Source of the DNA: an uncultured Alphaproteobacteria bacterium
GTDB lineage: Bacteria > Pseudomonadota > Alphaproteobacteria > CAAHEQ01 > UBA3637
NCBI GenBank assembly: GCA_944393195.1
Contig: CALXZG010000002.1
Location: 33,646 to 97,645 of the forward strand
Length of the DNA stretch: 64,000 nucleotides
Direction of reading: 5' to 3'
The position numbers were made by a program, and so were the translations under genes. This document shows positions 47,311-57,634 of the stretch, piece by piece (the stretch's first letter is position 1; each line of letters opens with the position of its first letter). Below the pieces are notes generated by a model that worked only from the letters and a program-made list of their open reading frames with translations, was not told where the DNA came from and did not search any database.

Positions 47311-47766
47311 TTAGTCTTCTTTGTCGTTGTTTTGAATCAACGTGTAGATTGCGTCGGCATCTTTGGCATGGCGCAGGTCGGCGGCGACGGTTTCGTCCCG
47401 CAACAGGCGCGACAAGCGAGCCAATGCTTTCAAATGATCGGCGCCGGCTTCTTCCGGAACCAGCAACAAAAACACGAGGTCGACGGGTTTATCGTCAACG
47501 GATTCAAAATCGACGGGTGTTGTCCGCACAAATGCACAGAAAATTTTATTCAGCGCATTCAAACGGGTATGCGGTAATGCCACGCCATGGCCGATACCGG
47601 TTGTCCCGAGGCGTTCGCGTTCAATCAAGGCATCCAAGATGAGGCGTTCGTCCAGTCCCGTTTTTTGAGCGGCCAAGCCAGCCAGCGTTTCCAGCAATTG
47701 TTTTTTACTACCAACGGACGCATCGCAAATAACCGCGTCTTTGGGTAAAATATCGATAATTTTCAT
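47311..47766 (-). CDS. ptsN: PTS IIA-Ntr regulatory protein
   Basis: 151 aa. Contains the GIGHGVALPH active-site His motif. A terminator hairpin plus T7 lies at 47266-47292 on the minus strand. Confidence 0.9.
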   Translation of the reverse strand: MKIIDILPKDAVICDASVGSKKQLLETLAGLAAQKTGLDERLILDALIERERLGTTGIGHGVALPHTRLNALNKIFCAFVRTTPVDFESVDDKPVDLVFLLLVPEEAGADHLKALARLSRLLRDETVAADLRHAKDADAIYTLIQNNDKED

Positions 47767-47775
47767 GGGGCAAAC

Positions 47776-48324
47776 CTATTTATGTTTCGGATCAACCCAA
47801 CCGATATTGCCGTCCGCCCGACGATAGACCATATTCAAACCGCCGTGTGCCGTATTTTTAAACATTAAAGCCGGCAAACCCGCCAAGTCCATACGCATAA
47901 CAGCCGCGCTGACCGTACAGACGGGTAATTCGGTTTGCATTTCCGCAATGATAATCGGTGCGTCGCCGACTTCTTCTTTATCCGCTTCGGACGCAATAAC
48001 GGACATATCAACCATTTCGACCGGTTGCGCTTTGTGATCCGTCAGTTTGTTTTTATATTTCCGCAGTTGGCGGGCGATTTTGGCAACGGCATCGTCAAAG
48101 GAAGCGTATGCATCCGTTGAAGTACCCGTGGCCCGAACGATTGTCCCGGAAGCCGGATGAACCGTGATTTCCGTTTTAACGTCAGCGCCTTCTTTCGTTA
48201 CGCGAATATCGGCGTTAACGGCTTCTTCAAAGTATTTGGCGACAGCCGCATCCAATGCTTTTTCGGCATAATCGCGCAGGTTTTCGCCTAAATTAATTTG
48301 TTGTCCAGTAATAATAATTTGCAT
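47776..48324 (-). CDS. hpf: ribosome hibernation promoting factor (long form)
   Basis: 182 aa. The N-terminus MQIIITGQQINLGENLRDYAEKAL is a sigma54-modulation-protein fold. Sits in the hpf-ptsN order. Confidence 0.9.
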   Translation of the reverse strand: MQIIITGQQINLGENLRDYAEKALDAAVAKYFEEAVNADIRVTKEGADVKTEITVHPASGTIVRATGTSTDAYASFDDAVAKIARQLRKYKNKLTDHKAQPVEMVDMSVIASEADKEEVGDAPIIIAEMQTELPVCTVSAAVMRMDLAGLPALMFKNTAHGGLNMVYRRADGNIGWVDPKHK

Positions 48325-48399
48325 TGTTCAGTCTTTCTTGTTAAAATTCAAAATACAAACTTTACCATAGCTTTTTTTATTGCCGGTGTCAAGGAAAAC

Positions 48400-49473
48400 A
48401 TGAAAACTTTACAAAAACCGTTCGGAATTTACATTCATTGGCCTTATTGTTTATCCAAGTGTCCCTATTGCGATTTTGCCAGTTGTCCGGCCGCGGACTT
48501 TGACGAAGCGGCTTTGTGGCCGGGGTATGAGCGGGATATTCGGGCTTTACCGGAAGAACGGCCGATAACGAGTATTTTCTTTGGGGGTGGGACACCGTCC
48601 TTAATGTCGGCATCGTTTTGTCGGCGGATGTTGGATTTGATTCGGGCGCGGCATCCGGTGGCAGATGATTGCGAAATAACGATGGAGGCCAATCCCGACG
48701 CGATCGATATGGACAAGATGGTGGCTTTTCGGGAAGCGGGTGTGAATCGCCTGTCTATCGGTGTGCAATCGTTGCTCACGACAGACTTACGTTTTTTGGG
48801 GCGGCGACACGGACGAGATTCGGCTTTGGCACGGGTGGCGGAAGCGGTGCGTGCCTTTCCGGAGGTCAGTATGGATTTGATTTACGCACGGCCACATCAG
48901 ACGTTAGCGGCTTGGCAGATCGAATTGACGGAGGCTTTGGCGTTGGGGTTGCAACATTATTCGTTGTATCAGTTGACAATTGAAGAGGGGACGGCTTTTG
49001 CACGGCGGGGTGTTCAGCCGGCAGATGAGGAAATGGCGGCGGAATTATATCGGTTGACGGATCGGTTAATGGCGGCAGCGGGTATTCCGGCCTATGAGGT
49101 GTCGAACTATGCGGCGCCGGGGCATGAATGTCGGCACAACCTAACGTATTGGCGGGGAGAGGATTATGGTGCGGTCGGGCCGGCCGCGCACGGGCGAATC
49201 GGGTTGTGGGCCGTGCAACATCCGGCCTCGGTCGCAGAATGGTTGCGCGTTGGGGCAGAGCGGGTAAAATTAACGCCGGTCGAAAAGCAGGAGGAACAGT
49301 TAATCATGGGAATTCGGTTGCGGCAAGAGGGGTATCCGTCGGCCGGATTGTCCCGTGAGGCGGTAGCAGACGCAATCCGGCGGCGGTGGGTGGATGAGCG
49401 GGACGGTCGTTTATTCCCGACGTTAAGCGGTGTATTGATGTTAAATCAGTTGACACTTCTATTAATGCCTTAA
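48400..49473 (+). CDS. hemW: radical SAM heme chaperone HemW
   Basis: Start at the ATG at 48400. Contains the CPYCDF radical SAM cluster motif and GGGTPS. Confidence 0.88.
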   Translation: MKTLQKPFGIYIHWPYCLSKCPYCDFASCPAADFDEAALWPGYERDIRALPEERPITSIFFGGGTPSLMSASFCRRMLDLIRARHPVADDCEITMEANPDAIDMDKMVAFREAGVNRLSIGVQSLLTTDLRFLGRRHGRDSALARVAEAVRAFPEVSMDLIYARPHQTLAAWQIELTEALALGLQHYSLYQLTIEEGTAFARRGVQPADEEMAAELYRLTDRLMAAAGIPAYEVSNYAAPGHECRHNLTYWRGEDYGAVGPAAHGRIGLWAVQHPASVAEWLRVGAERVKLTPVEKQEEQLIMGIRLRQEGYPSAGLSREAVADAIRRRWVDERDGRLFPTLSGVLMLNQLTLLLMP

Positions 49474-49588
49474 CGGGTATCGGGGTAGTGGATTTTTTTA
49501 TGAAATAGGGGTTGACAGGCCTGTTATTTTGTGCTAATCTGAAAGTATAAGAAAAAAATATTGACAAAAATTGTTAGGAGACCTACGT

Positions 49589-49765
49589 ATGATGACATCA
49601 AAAGATTTTTCGTCGAGTGAAACGATGGTTTATGCGAGTGGCTCTGACAATCGCAACAATGAGACGCGGCGGTATCCGTCGCCGAAACGTTTGGCGGAAA
49701 CGGGTATTCGGTTCGTAAAGGAAGAGGCTAAGGTTTCGGCCCCGGTTCCGGAAACGTCTCGATAA
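49589..49765 (+). CDS. hypothetical small protein
   Basis: 58 aa from ATG 49589 with an AGGAGA Shine-Dalgarno. An upstream TTGACA-17-TAATCT promoter lies at about 49513. The protein has no motif. Confidence 0.45.
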   Translation: MMTSKDFSSSETMVYASGSDNRNNETRRYPSPKRLAETGIRFVKEEAKVSAPVPETSR

Positions 49766-49779
49766 TCCGAGAGACCGTT

Positions 49780-50958
49780 ATGATACGGCGGATTATTTTT
49801 ATTTCTTTCATGATAGGTATTTGTTGTGCCGGCTTTTTTATATACCGGTCGGTAACGGCACCGCGGGTATCGGTTGTTATGGCGACATACAATCGGGCTC
49901 ATTTATTACCGCGGGCGATCGAGTCGGTCTTGCGCCAGACTTTTTCGGATTTTGAATTCATTATTATTGATGACGGATCAACGGATGAAACGGCAGATGT
50001 TGTTCGGTACTTTCAAAATCGGGATCGGCGGATTGTCTTTTTACAAAACAAGAAAAACAAAGGATTGGTTGCTTCGTTAAATCGCGGATTGGCGGCGGCG
50101 CGGGGGCGGTATATTGCGCGAATTGACGATGATGATGAAATGTTGCGGGAGCGGTTGGCGCGACAGGTGGCTTATTTTGAAGAGCATCCGGAGGCGACAG
50201 TTTTGGCGACGGGGTATTACACGTACAAATATAAAACAAGGGCGGATGGGGTTAAAGTTCGATGGCGGCATCATTTGGGATGTCCGGCACCGACGGAGCA
50301 GGTATTTGTGAATATGATGCGGGCGACGGGGGGGGTGGCTCATCCGACGGTGATGATTGACGGCGCATACTTGGCGGCACGTGATATTATGTATGATCCG
50401 GATTTTAAAAGTGCGGAAGATTACAAGCTATGGTATGATATTTTATCAACGGGCGGGGAGATTCATTGTTTACAGGATCCTTTGATAGAGTATACGCGGG
50501 CGGGGGATAATCCTTCTTCTTTTTATCGGGAGCAAAACAGTAACACGCGGCGCATTCAGGTTTTATTTTTGTCGTTATTGGCGGATAATGCGGTTTTTTT
50601 GAACGAACAACACGAATGTGAAATTTTTCGGGAGTTGGTAAAGCAGAATAGTGTCAAAAGGGTTGTGGATCAAGAACGCTTGCTCAATAAAATAAAAGAG
50701 AACTGTCCGCCGGATGAGGTTGACTCTGTTTTGGTGGAGCATCCGGAATGGCGGGATTACGTTATTTTTACGGATGGGGGAAAGCGGTTGTATCGGTTTA
50801 AAAAGCCAAAACAGACGGCTCGGGTGGATTTATTGCCCGGTGGGCGATTGGTGGTTGCATGGGACGAATGGGCGCCGGAAACTTTTTTATGCGATTCGGC
50901 AATGACAAAATGTATATTGGAAGGTCAAAATGACGCAGGAACGACAAAAACAAATTGA
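49780..50958 (+). CDS. family 2 glycosyltransferase with extra C-terminal domain
   Basis: 392 aa. Contains VSVVMATYNRAHLL, IIIDDGSTD and a DDDD acidic motif. Confidence 0.85.
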   Translation: MIRRIIFISFMIGICCAGFFIYRSVTAPRVSVVMATYNRAHLLPRAIESVLRQTFSDFEFIIIDDGSTDETADVVRYFQNRDRRIVFLQNKKNKGLVASLNRGLAAARGRYIARIDDDDEMLRERLARQVAYFEEHPEATVLATGYYTYKYKTRADGVKVRWRHHLGCPAPTEQVFVNMMRATGGVAHPTVMIDGAYLAARDIMYDPDFKSAEDYKLWYDILSTGGEIHCLQDPLIEYTRAGDNPSSFYREQNSNTRRIQVLFLSLLADNAVFLNEQHECEIFRELVKQNSVKRVVDQERLLNKIKENCPPDEVDSVLVEHPEWRDYVIFTDGGKRLYRFKKPKQTARVDLLPGGRLVVAWDEWAPETFLCDSAMTKCILEGQNDAGTTKTN

Positions 50959-51121
50959 AAAAATCATTCTCTTTTTATCGATTATAGCCGGTATTGTGAT
51001 CGGGTGTGCCGGCGGGTTTGAGATGATGAGTCGCTATGTTCAAGCGAGGGAGGATGTTGTGGTATCGACGCGGCCGGCGGCTTCTGCTTTATATCAATGG
51101 GATATGGGACGCGAGCGTTGA
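50930..51121 (+). CDS. hypothetical small membrane protein
   Basis: 63 aa with one hydrophobic helix. Overlaps the GT2 gene's 3' end. Confidence 0.35.
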   Translation: MTQERQKQIEKIILFLSIIAGIVIGCAGGFEMMSRYVQAREDVVVSTRPAASALYQWDMGRER

Positions 51122-51193
51122 TAAAATAAATTTAACGGTCGGTGCAAAAAAGGCTTGCTTTTTTTTTGTATTCGGAGTATAAAGAAATGCGCG

Positions 51194-51269
<76 letters not shown>

Positions 51270-51380
51270 TTTTAACAGCCTCCATCGAGGCTGTTTTTTT
51301 ATGGAAAATCCGGTAAATTGAGACTATTTTTGAAAAAAATGCCTTTTCGGAGAAAGGGATGTTTTTGATATGGTTGATAA

Positions 51381-51584
51381 ATCAAACAGATGTCAAATGA
51401 AGTGTAACAATTTAATGTTCATTAAAATGTTATAAAATTATGTATCACAAAAGTGAAAACAAAGCAAGAAGAAAATATTTATATTATAAAGAGTTCCTGT
51501 TCATTTGGTTAAAAGTCATGTAAGGTGCAAAAAGTATAACAAAAAAGGGAACATTTTTTTGTTATAGTTGAAAAGGAGCGATAA
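51381..51584 (+). promoter_or_regulatory. 5' control region of pilin-like gene A
   Basis: Conserved block atcaaacagatgtcaaatgaagtgtaacaatttaatgt (possible ATGTCA-17-TAATGT promoter). Palindromic site 1 lies at 51402-51435 and palindromic site 2 at 51534-51567, the latter directly before the AAAGGAG RBS. Confidence 0.5.
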
Positions 51585-52994
51585 ATGACTGAAACAAAAA
51601 ACAAAAACGGGAAAAGTGGTGTGTATCAAAATAGTGATTTAGGGGCATCGTGTGTGTGTCATAAGACCCCCGATCAGGTCGGGGATGACGGTTTAACAGT
51701 AGGGAGTGCGTGTTCAAAGATCCCCGCTTTCGCAGGGATGACGGGTAGTAACCGCGGGGAGCGGGGACGGAGCATGGTTGAGATGTTGGGCGTTCTGGCG
51801 GTCATGGGCGTATTGTCGATCGGCGGTGTGGCCGGGTATCGGTATGCGATCGATAAAATGAATGCGAATGACATTATCAATGAAGTGAAAAAAAGAGCCG
51901 TGACGGCGAGTCAACAACGCATCTTGGGACACGATATTAATTTATCGGAATACGGGGATAATGGTCGGATTAAGGGAATTCATGCCGTTACAGCGACAAA
52001 CGATTATGCGGGGGATAAAGGGTTCTTTGCGTTGACGGTATCAAATATACCGCAACGGGTATGCGATGACATTCTGAAACAGGATTGGAATATGCCGGTG
52101 GAAACAGCGGTCGGAGGTGTTGTGGTTGATGATGATACAGCCTGCGCCGCCGGGGATAATGAAATGTTGTTTGCGTTTGCGAATACGTTGGACAGCTCTC
52201 TGGTTCCGGGAGAAGGGGGAGAAGATGACGGGGATGAAGAGGAAGTACAGGAATGCGCCGAGGGTGAATATCGGTTATCGACAGGGGAATGTGTGACGGA
52301 TTCACATCCGGAATGTGGTGATGGGGAGTTTTATAATGGACTCACGGATTCTTGTACAGCCTGTCCGACGGAAGGAAATCCTGTCCATATTTATTCGTCG
52401 GATATGGAAGATACGTGTGAAAAATGTACGGGGTCGCGGTATGGTGGACCTTATCCCAGCTATTGTGTCTATTGTCCGGATGGTGTTACCTGTGGTGATC
52501 AATGTTGTGGGGAAGACGAAATGTGTCAACGCGATACAAGTTCTTGGCCATATACATTTACCTGTGTCTCTACATTAGGGGAAGGAGAATGTTTGACGAA
52601 TGATGATTGTGTAGATAATCAATATTGTCGGAATAGTTATGGTTGTGAAGTGACGGTTGGGACATGTACGGATATTAGTAGTACGCCGGTAGAGATTAAC
52701 GGAACAGAATACACAGCGTCAACGGGTTCTATGCTGTATCATGCGGCGGAGAATTTCTGTGATGCGCTTGGGAAGCGTTTAGCACCGGTGACAGACGGAT
52801 GTACGGCGGAAGAATTGGCAGCGGTTAAAGCAAATGGTTCAGGTAGTTGTTCGGGATGGGCACAGACGACGGGTGAGCGTTATTGGACAGCAACCAAATT
52901 AAGCGGATGCGCTTCGTATTATGTATGGAGTAGTAGTTCAGGCGCGGTCGGGTCTGTCGGTTGGAACGGCGGCAACTACGCCCTGTGTCGCTAA
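51585..52994 (+). CDS. modular type-IV-pilin-like protein with Cys-rich repeats and lectin-like C-terminal module (copy A; leader expanded by a repeat insertion)
   Basis: 469 aa. The class III signal-like core G-RSMVEMLGVLAVMGVLSIGGVAGY lies at aa 61-85. It is followed by a conserved head domain, an acidic linker, a region with about 25 Cys, and a C-terminal YHAAENFC...W...ALCR. Confidence 0.8.
   Translation: MTETKNKNGKSGVYQNSDLGASCVCHKTPDQVGDDGLTVGSACSKIPAFAGMTGSNRGERGRSMVEMLGVLAVMGVLSIGGVAGYRYAIDKMNANDIINEVKKRAVTASQQRILGHDINLSEYGDNGRIKGIHAVTATNDYAGDKGFFALTVSNIPQRVCDDILKQDWNMPVETAVGGVVVDDDTACAAGDNEMLFAFANTLDSSLVPGEGGEDDGDEEEVQECAEGEYRLSTGECVTDSHPECGDGEFYNGLTDSCTACPTEGNPVHIYSSDMEDTCEKCTGSRYGGPYPSYCVYCPDGVTCGDQCCGEDEMCQRDTSSWPYTFTCVSTLGEGECLTNDDCVDNQYCRNSYGCEVTVGTCTDISSTPVEINGTEYTASTGSMLYHAAENFCDALGKRLAPVTDGCTAEELAAVKANGSGSCSGWAQTTGERYWTATKLSGCASYYVWSSSSGAVGSVGWNGGNYALCR
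51612..51770 (+). repeat. 159-nt in-frame insertion of palindromic mini-repeats inside the leader of gene A
   Basis: Absent from copy B (MTEIKMENG-LSMVE). It contains agacccccgatcaggtcggggatgacgg and agatccccgctttcgcagggatgacgg, both found in intergenic copies elsewhere in the window. Confidence 0.8.
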
Positions 52995-53170
52995 GGTTCC
53001 CGCTTTTTGTGTGATAGGGCAAGCGAAACGGGGTGAAGATAGCTCTTCACCCCGTTTCTTGCCCCCTTTTTATCCCATGGAGCCTCTTCTGTATTCCGTG
53101 GAACAACGTTAGTATATACACCAATATGGTGTGTTGTCAATATCAAAACAATTTTGTTTCATTTTTTTTG

Positions 53171-53300
53171 AGGGAGTGAGATGGTCATAAGATTCCCGCT
53201 TTCGCGGGAATGACGGACTAATAATAAGGGATGACGGGATTATAATGGGATGCATTAAAAGCCCCCCCCCGAAACAAGTCCGGGGGTGACGAGGTTATCA
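53171..53300. repeat. cluster of GATGACGG-type palindromic mini-repeats
   Basis: agattcccgctttcgcgggaatgacggactaataataagggatgacgggattataatggg ... ccccccccgaaacaagtccgggggtgacg. Confidence 0.75.
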
Positions 53301-53314
53301 TAAAGGATAACACA

Positions 53315-54268
53315 CTACTTATCCAGCAGGCGGGTCATATCCAAGAATTTATCGTGGCGGCAACGTACCAGTTCATCCGGTTTAAAGCTTAACCATTTAT
53401 CCAGATGACGGTCAAGCGCGTCGGCGACGGCCGTCATTGTTTCCGTCGGAAAGCGGTGAGCCCCGCCAATCGGTTCCGGAACAATTTCGTCAATAATCCC
53501 CAAGCGAAGCAAATCCTGTGCCGTTAAGTTTAAAATTTCGGCCGCTTTGGGGGCAAATTTGAAATCTTTCCATAAAATAGAGGCGCAACCTTCCGGTGAA
53601 ATCACGGAATAAACGGAATTTTCAAGCATAATCACGCTATTACCCGCAGCCAAAGCAATGGCTCCGCCGGAACCGCCTTCACCGATAATACAGGCGACAA
53701 GCGGAACGCGCAAATCCAAGCAGGCTTCCGTGGCGGTGGCAATGGCTTGACCCTGACCACGTTCTTCGCCTTCCAACCCCGGAAAAGCGCCAGCCGTATC
53801 CACCAACGTTATGACGGGAACACCGAATTGTTCGGCCAGTTTCATTAAGCGGATGGCTTTACGGTAGCCTTCCGGTTTAGCCATCCCGAAATTGTGTTCC
53901 AAACGGGATTCGGTGTCGTGGCCTTTTTCGTGACCGATAACCATAACGGTTCGGCCTTTCAGTTTTGCAAAACCGCCGATGATGGCTTTATCTTCGGCAA
54001 ACTGACGATCGCCGGACAAAACGCAAAAATCGGTAAAAACGGTGTTGATATAGTCCCGTGTATGGGGCCGATTTTCGTGGCGGGCAACATTGGCTTTCTG
54101 CCACGGGGTCAGGTTTTTATACGCTTGGGTTAATGCTTTTTCGCGTTTGGCGGACAAGCGTTCCAATTCGGCGGCGATATCAATGCCGCGGGTGGATTGA
54201 TTGAGTTTCAAGGCCTCAATCTTCGCATCAATTTCCATTAAATTTTGTTCAAAGTCTAAATATTGCAT
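53315..54268 (-). CDS. accA: acetyl-CoA carboxylase carboxyltransferase alpha subunit
   Basis: 317 aa with canonical AccA sequence (DTAGAFPG, GEGGSGGALA). Confidence 0.96.
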   Translation of the reverse strand: MQYLDFEQNLMEIDAKIEALKLNQSTRGIDIAAELERLSAKREKALTQAYKNLTPWQKANVARHENRPHTRDYINTVFTDFCVLSGDRQFAEDKAIIGGFAKLKGRTVMVIGHEKGHDTESRLEHNFGMAKPEGYRKAIRLMKLAEQFGVPVITLVDTAGAFPGLEGEERGQGQAIATATEACLDLRVPLVACIIGEGGSGGAIALAAGNSVIMLENSVYSVISPEGCASILWKDFKFAPKAAEILNLTAQDLLRLGIIDEIVPEPIGGAHRFPTETMTAVADALDRHLDKWLSFKPDELVRCRHDKFLDMTRLLDK

Positions 54269-54367
54269 TATGGATCCTTTTCAATTTGATTTTTTGAATT
54301 ATACAAGGTATAATCAAAAATGTCCAGCCTTTCCGGCTATTTGTCATAAAAAGGAAACACGAAAGTC

Positions 54368-54703
54368 ATGTCCGATATTGAAAAAGTCTTTATTTTAGCC
54401 GCTACATTGTGGGTAACGGCGGTTGGTTTTATTATTTTTTCTTGGTTGTTAGAAGTCCGGCGGCAACAGGCGTTAGTCTTTATCGCACGGCGGTTGGAAT
54501 CGATTGACAAGCGGTTGCGGCGTCTGACGGGAGAGGTTCGGCCGGAGCGAAAAGCATCTGTCGAACAGAGTGCCGATTCGGCAGAGGCTCAGACGGCGAT
54601 CCCCGTGGTTGATATTCCGAAGAATATGCCCTTATCGGCCTATGAATCGGTGACGTTGCCGGATAATGCGGCGGTTCATTTTGTTGATGAGCATGCGTCT
54701 TAA
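54368..54703 (+). CDS. hypothetical membrane protein
   Basis: 111 aa with one N-terminal hydrophobic helix. Confidence 0.45.
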   Translation: MSDIEKVFILAATLWVTAVGFIIFSWLLEVRRQQALVFIARRLESIDKRLRRLTGEVRPERKASVEQSADSAEAQTAIPVVDIPKNMPLSAYESVTLPDNAAVHFVDEHAS

Positions 54704-56507
54704 ATTTTGGTATTCGATGTTGTGTTGGCTATGCCTCGGGGTGGGGAGTGTGTCGGTATCGGCAACCCCCGCGACGGGAATTGCCATGCGGGGAGAGCCA
54801 AAGTATTCCGACGGATTTGAGGCTTTTGACTATGTTAATCCCGATGCACCGAAAGGCGGTGTGTTGCGGCAGGCGGCGTTATCGACGTTTGACACGTTTA
54901 ATCCTTTTACGGTGATAGGGATGGCGGCACCGGGTGTCGGGTTGTTGTACGATACCTTAATGAAGCCGAGTTTGGATGAGCCGTTTTCTTTATACGGGTT
55001 AATTGCCGAACGGATCGATGTGGCGGCAGACCGATCACGGGTCACTTTTTTCCTGAATCCGGCAGCGCGGTTTTCGGACGGAACCCCGATTACGGCGGCA
55101 GACGTTGTTTTTTCTTTTGAAAAACTACGGGATGAAGGGTTACCGATGTATCGGGCGTATTATCGGGATGTGGTTCGGGTGTCGGCACCGGATGATCGGA
55201 CGGTGGTCTTTGATTTACCGGCGGACGGCGGAAATCGGGAGCTGCCTTTGATTTTGGGAGAGTTACCTGTTGTCCCGCGTCATTTTTGGGAAAATCGGGA
55301 TTGGGGGGCGACAACGCTTGACAAGCCGATCGGCAGCGGACCGTATGTGGTTGAGTCGGTCGAAGCCGGACGATCCGTTGTATATCGGCGGAATCCGAAT
55401 TATTGGGCGGCGGATTTAAATGTCAATCGCGGGGCATATAATTTTGATGTGATTCGGTTTGATGTGTATCGGGACACAACGGTTGCGGTGGAGGCTTTTA
55501 AAGCCGGATTGATTGATATTCGGTTTGAAAATGAAGCCAAAAAATGGGCGGCGGCTTTGATGTCTGAACCGGTTCAAAAAGGAAAAATTGTGGCGCGGGC
55601 TTTTCCGCATCAAATGCCGGCGGGGATGCAAGGGTTTGTTTTTAACCTGCGGCGGCCTTTGTTTCGGGACAGGCGCGTTCGGGAGGCATTGGCCTATGCT
55701 TTTGATTTTGATTGGGTAAATCGGCATTTGTTTCATGGGGCGTACCGGCGGACGAACAGTTTTTTTGATAATTCTTTTTTAGCCGCCGAGGGGTTACCAT
55801 CAACACGGGAGTTGGCGTTGTTAGATCCGTGGCGGGATATGCTTCCGCCAGAGGTGTTTGGGGAAGCTTATCGAGCGCCACAGCCGGATTCGGGGGATAT
55901 ACGACCGGCTTTGGAAAAAGCATTGGCTTTGTTGGGGGAGGCCGGATGGCATGTTCAAGACGGTGTGTTACGCAATGCGGCGGGGGAGGCTTTTCGGTTT
56001 GAGATTTTAATTGATGCACCGAGTGCGGGCACATGGGAACGTGTTATTTTACCGTTTACCAATCGGTTAAAACGGTTGGGGATTGAAGCGGTTGTTCGGG
56101 CCGTGGATGTGATTCAATACAAAACGCGGTTGGATCAGTTTGATTTTGACATGATTGTGGCGGTTTGGGGGCAATCACTATCCCCGGGGAATGAACAACG
56201 GTATTTTTGGGCCTCGGCGGCGGCAGAAACAGCCGGTTCGATGAATTATGCGGGATTTCAACATCCGGCGGCGGACGCGTTGATCGAAGCCATTGTGCGG
56301 GCGCGGACGAATGAAGAGCTTGTAGCAGCAGTACGGGCGTTGGATCGGGTTTTGTTATCTTATCATATTGTGATTCCGCAATGGCATATGCCGGAGCATC
56401 GTTATTTATATCAGGCGCATATCGGGGTTCCGGCAACGGTTCCGATGAAAGGAGCGGATCCGATGTTGTGGTGGGATAAACGGATGGAAAAGGCAGTTCA
56501 AAAATAA
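54693..56507 (+). CDS. ABC transporter substrate-binding protein, family 5 (peptide/YejA-like)
   Basis: Signal peptide MRLKFWYSMLCWLCLGVGSVSVSA followed by a long SBP_bac_5-like body. The start could be 54687 or 54693. Confidence 0.8.
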   Translation: MRLKFWYSMLCWLCLGVGSVSVSATPATGIAMRGEPKYSDGFEAFDYVNPDAPKGGVLRQAALSTFDTFNPFTVIGMAAPGVGLLYDTLMKPSLDEPFSLYGLIAERIDVAADRSRVTFFLNPAARFSDGTPITAADVVFSFEKLRDEGLPMYRAYYRDVVRVSAPDDRTVVFDLPADGGNRELPLILGELPVVPRHFWENRDWGATTLDKPIGSGPYVVESVEAGRSVVYRRNPNYWAADLNVNRGAYNFDVIRFDVYRDTTVAVEAFKAGLIDIRFENEAKKWAAALMSEPVQKGKIVARAFPHQMPAGMQGFVFNLRRPLFRDRRVREALAYAFDFDWVNRHLFHGAYRRTNSFFDNSFLAAEGLPSTRELALLDPWRDMLPPEVFGEAYRAPQPDSGDIRPALEKALALLGEAGWHVQDGVLRNAAGEAFRFEILIDAPSAGTWERVILPFTNRLKRLGIEAVVRAVDVIQYKTRLDQFDFDMIVAVWGQSLSPGNEQRYFWASAAAETAGSMNYAGFQHPAADALIEAIVRARTNEELVAAVRALDRVLLSYHIVIPQWHMPEHRYLYQAHIGVPATVPMKGADPMLWWDKRMEKAVQK

Positions 56508-56578
56508 GGTGTATTTTATACTTGCTTTCTATCGGAAAAGCAGTTATAACAGAAAAAGCAGATGAAAAGGAAAAGCAG

Positions 56579-57271
56579 ATGATGCGCAAATGGATATGGA
56601 TAATCGGTTTAGGGTGCGGTATCGGTTTGGGAATGCCGGTGCGGGCACAACTGGCTTTTTGGAATTATGACGACATGGGGCGGGAATCGGCTATTCCGGC
56701 CGAATGTGACGGTGTGTTTGATGAAACGTTAGGGGGCGTTTTTATGCCTTCCGCCGATGAATTATACGAACGCGGGGAAGCTTTTTTATTGGCGGCCGAT
56801 CCGATTGAACGGAACAAAGCCGGTTATTGTTTGATTGCGGCGGCTTTACAGGGAAATGTTCCGGCTCAGTATCGGGTGGCACAATTATATAATAAGGGTA
56901 TAGTGTTGCCGCAGGATGAATTGAGCGCTTACCGGTGGGCTTTTACGGCATCGTTGAACGGTCATGAGGAAGCGGATCGGTTGGCTTTGTTGTTGGAGCG
57001 TTTTTTAACAACGGAAGATATTCGGACGGCGACGGAATCGGTGTCGTCTTTATTACCGGATATTGAAGCCCGGTATCGTCGAGAGTTGGAAGAACAGGCG
57101 GACAAGGTATCGGAAAAACAGGAAGAATTGGATAAAATCAATGCCGAAATCGATCGGATTTTAGGTATTGACACGTCAAAGATTGTGACACAGAAACCCG
57201 AAACACCGGTGGCGGTTGTTCCGGCCGGGAAAAAGGGCGCTGTTTTTTCGGAGGCCGATCGGCCCAAATAG
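56579..57271 (+). CDS. secreted Sel1-like repeat protein with C-terminal coiled coil
   Basis: Signal peptide MMRKWIWIIGLGCGIGLGMPVRA. Contains Sel1-type repeats (AALQGNVPAQYRVAQLYNKG). Confidence 0.6.
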   Translation: MMRKWIWIIGLGCGIGLGMPVRAQLAFWNYDDMGRESAIPAECDGVFDETLGGVFMPSADELYERGEAFLLAADPIERNKAGYCLIAAALQGNVPAQYRVAQLYNKGIVLPQDELSAYRWAFTASLNGHEEADRLALLLERFLTTEDIRTATESVSSLLPDIEARYRRELEEQADKVSEKQEELDKINAEIDRILGIDTSKIVTQKPETPVAVVPAGKKGAVFSEADRPK

Positions 57272-57280
57272 AGGCATAAC

Positions 57281-57634
57281 ATGCGGTATGCGGCAATCTT
57301 GTTTTTAGTTATCGGCTTGATTGGCGGGGTGGTTGCGGCTTTTTTACCCGGGACGGCGGATGTCCCTTTAATGGAGGGAATGGTTGTTTCGGATGACGGG
57401 GAAAGTTTTGATTTTGACACGCCGGCGGGACAAATTTTAACGGTAACGGCGGTAACGGCGGCTACACCGGATCGGGTGCGGGCATTCTATCAGAAAACAT
57501 TGCCGGCTTTGGGATGGACGCAACAACGGGACGGATTTTTTACCCGGGACGGGGACGAATTGACGTTAACAATTGACCGGCAAAATCAACAAACAACCGT
57601 TTCTTTTGAGATGATGTTGACGGGAACACGATAA
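57281..57634 (+). CDS. hypothetical exported protein
   Basis: 117 aa with an N-terminal hydrophobic helix. No motif recognised. Confidence 0.5.
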   Translation: MRYAAILFLVIGLIGGVVAAFLPGTADVPLMEGMVVSDDGESFDFDTPAGQILTVTAVTAATPDRVRAFYQKTLPALGWTQQRDGFFTRDGDELTLTIDRQNQQTTVSFEMMLTGTR

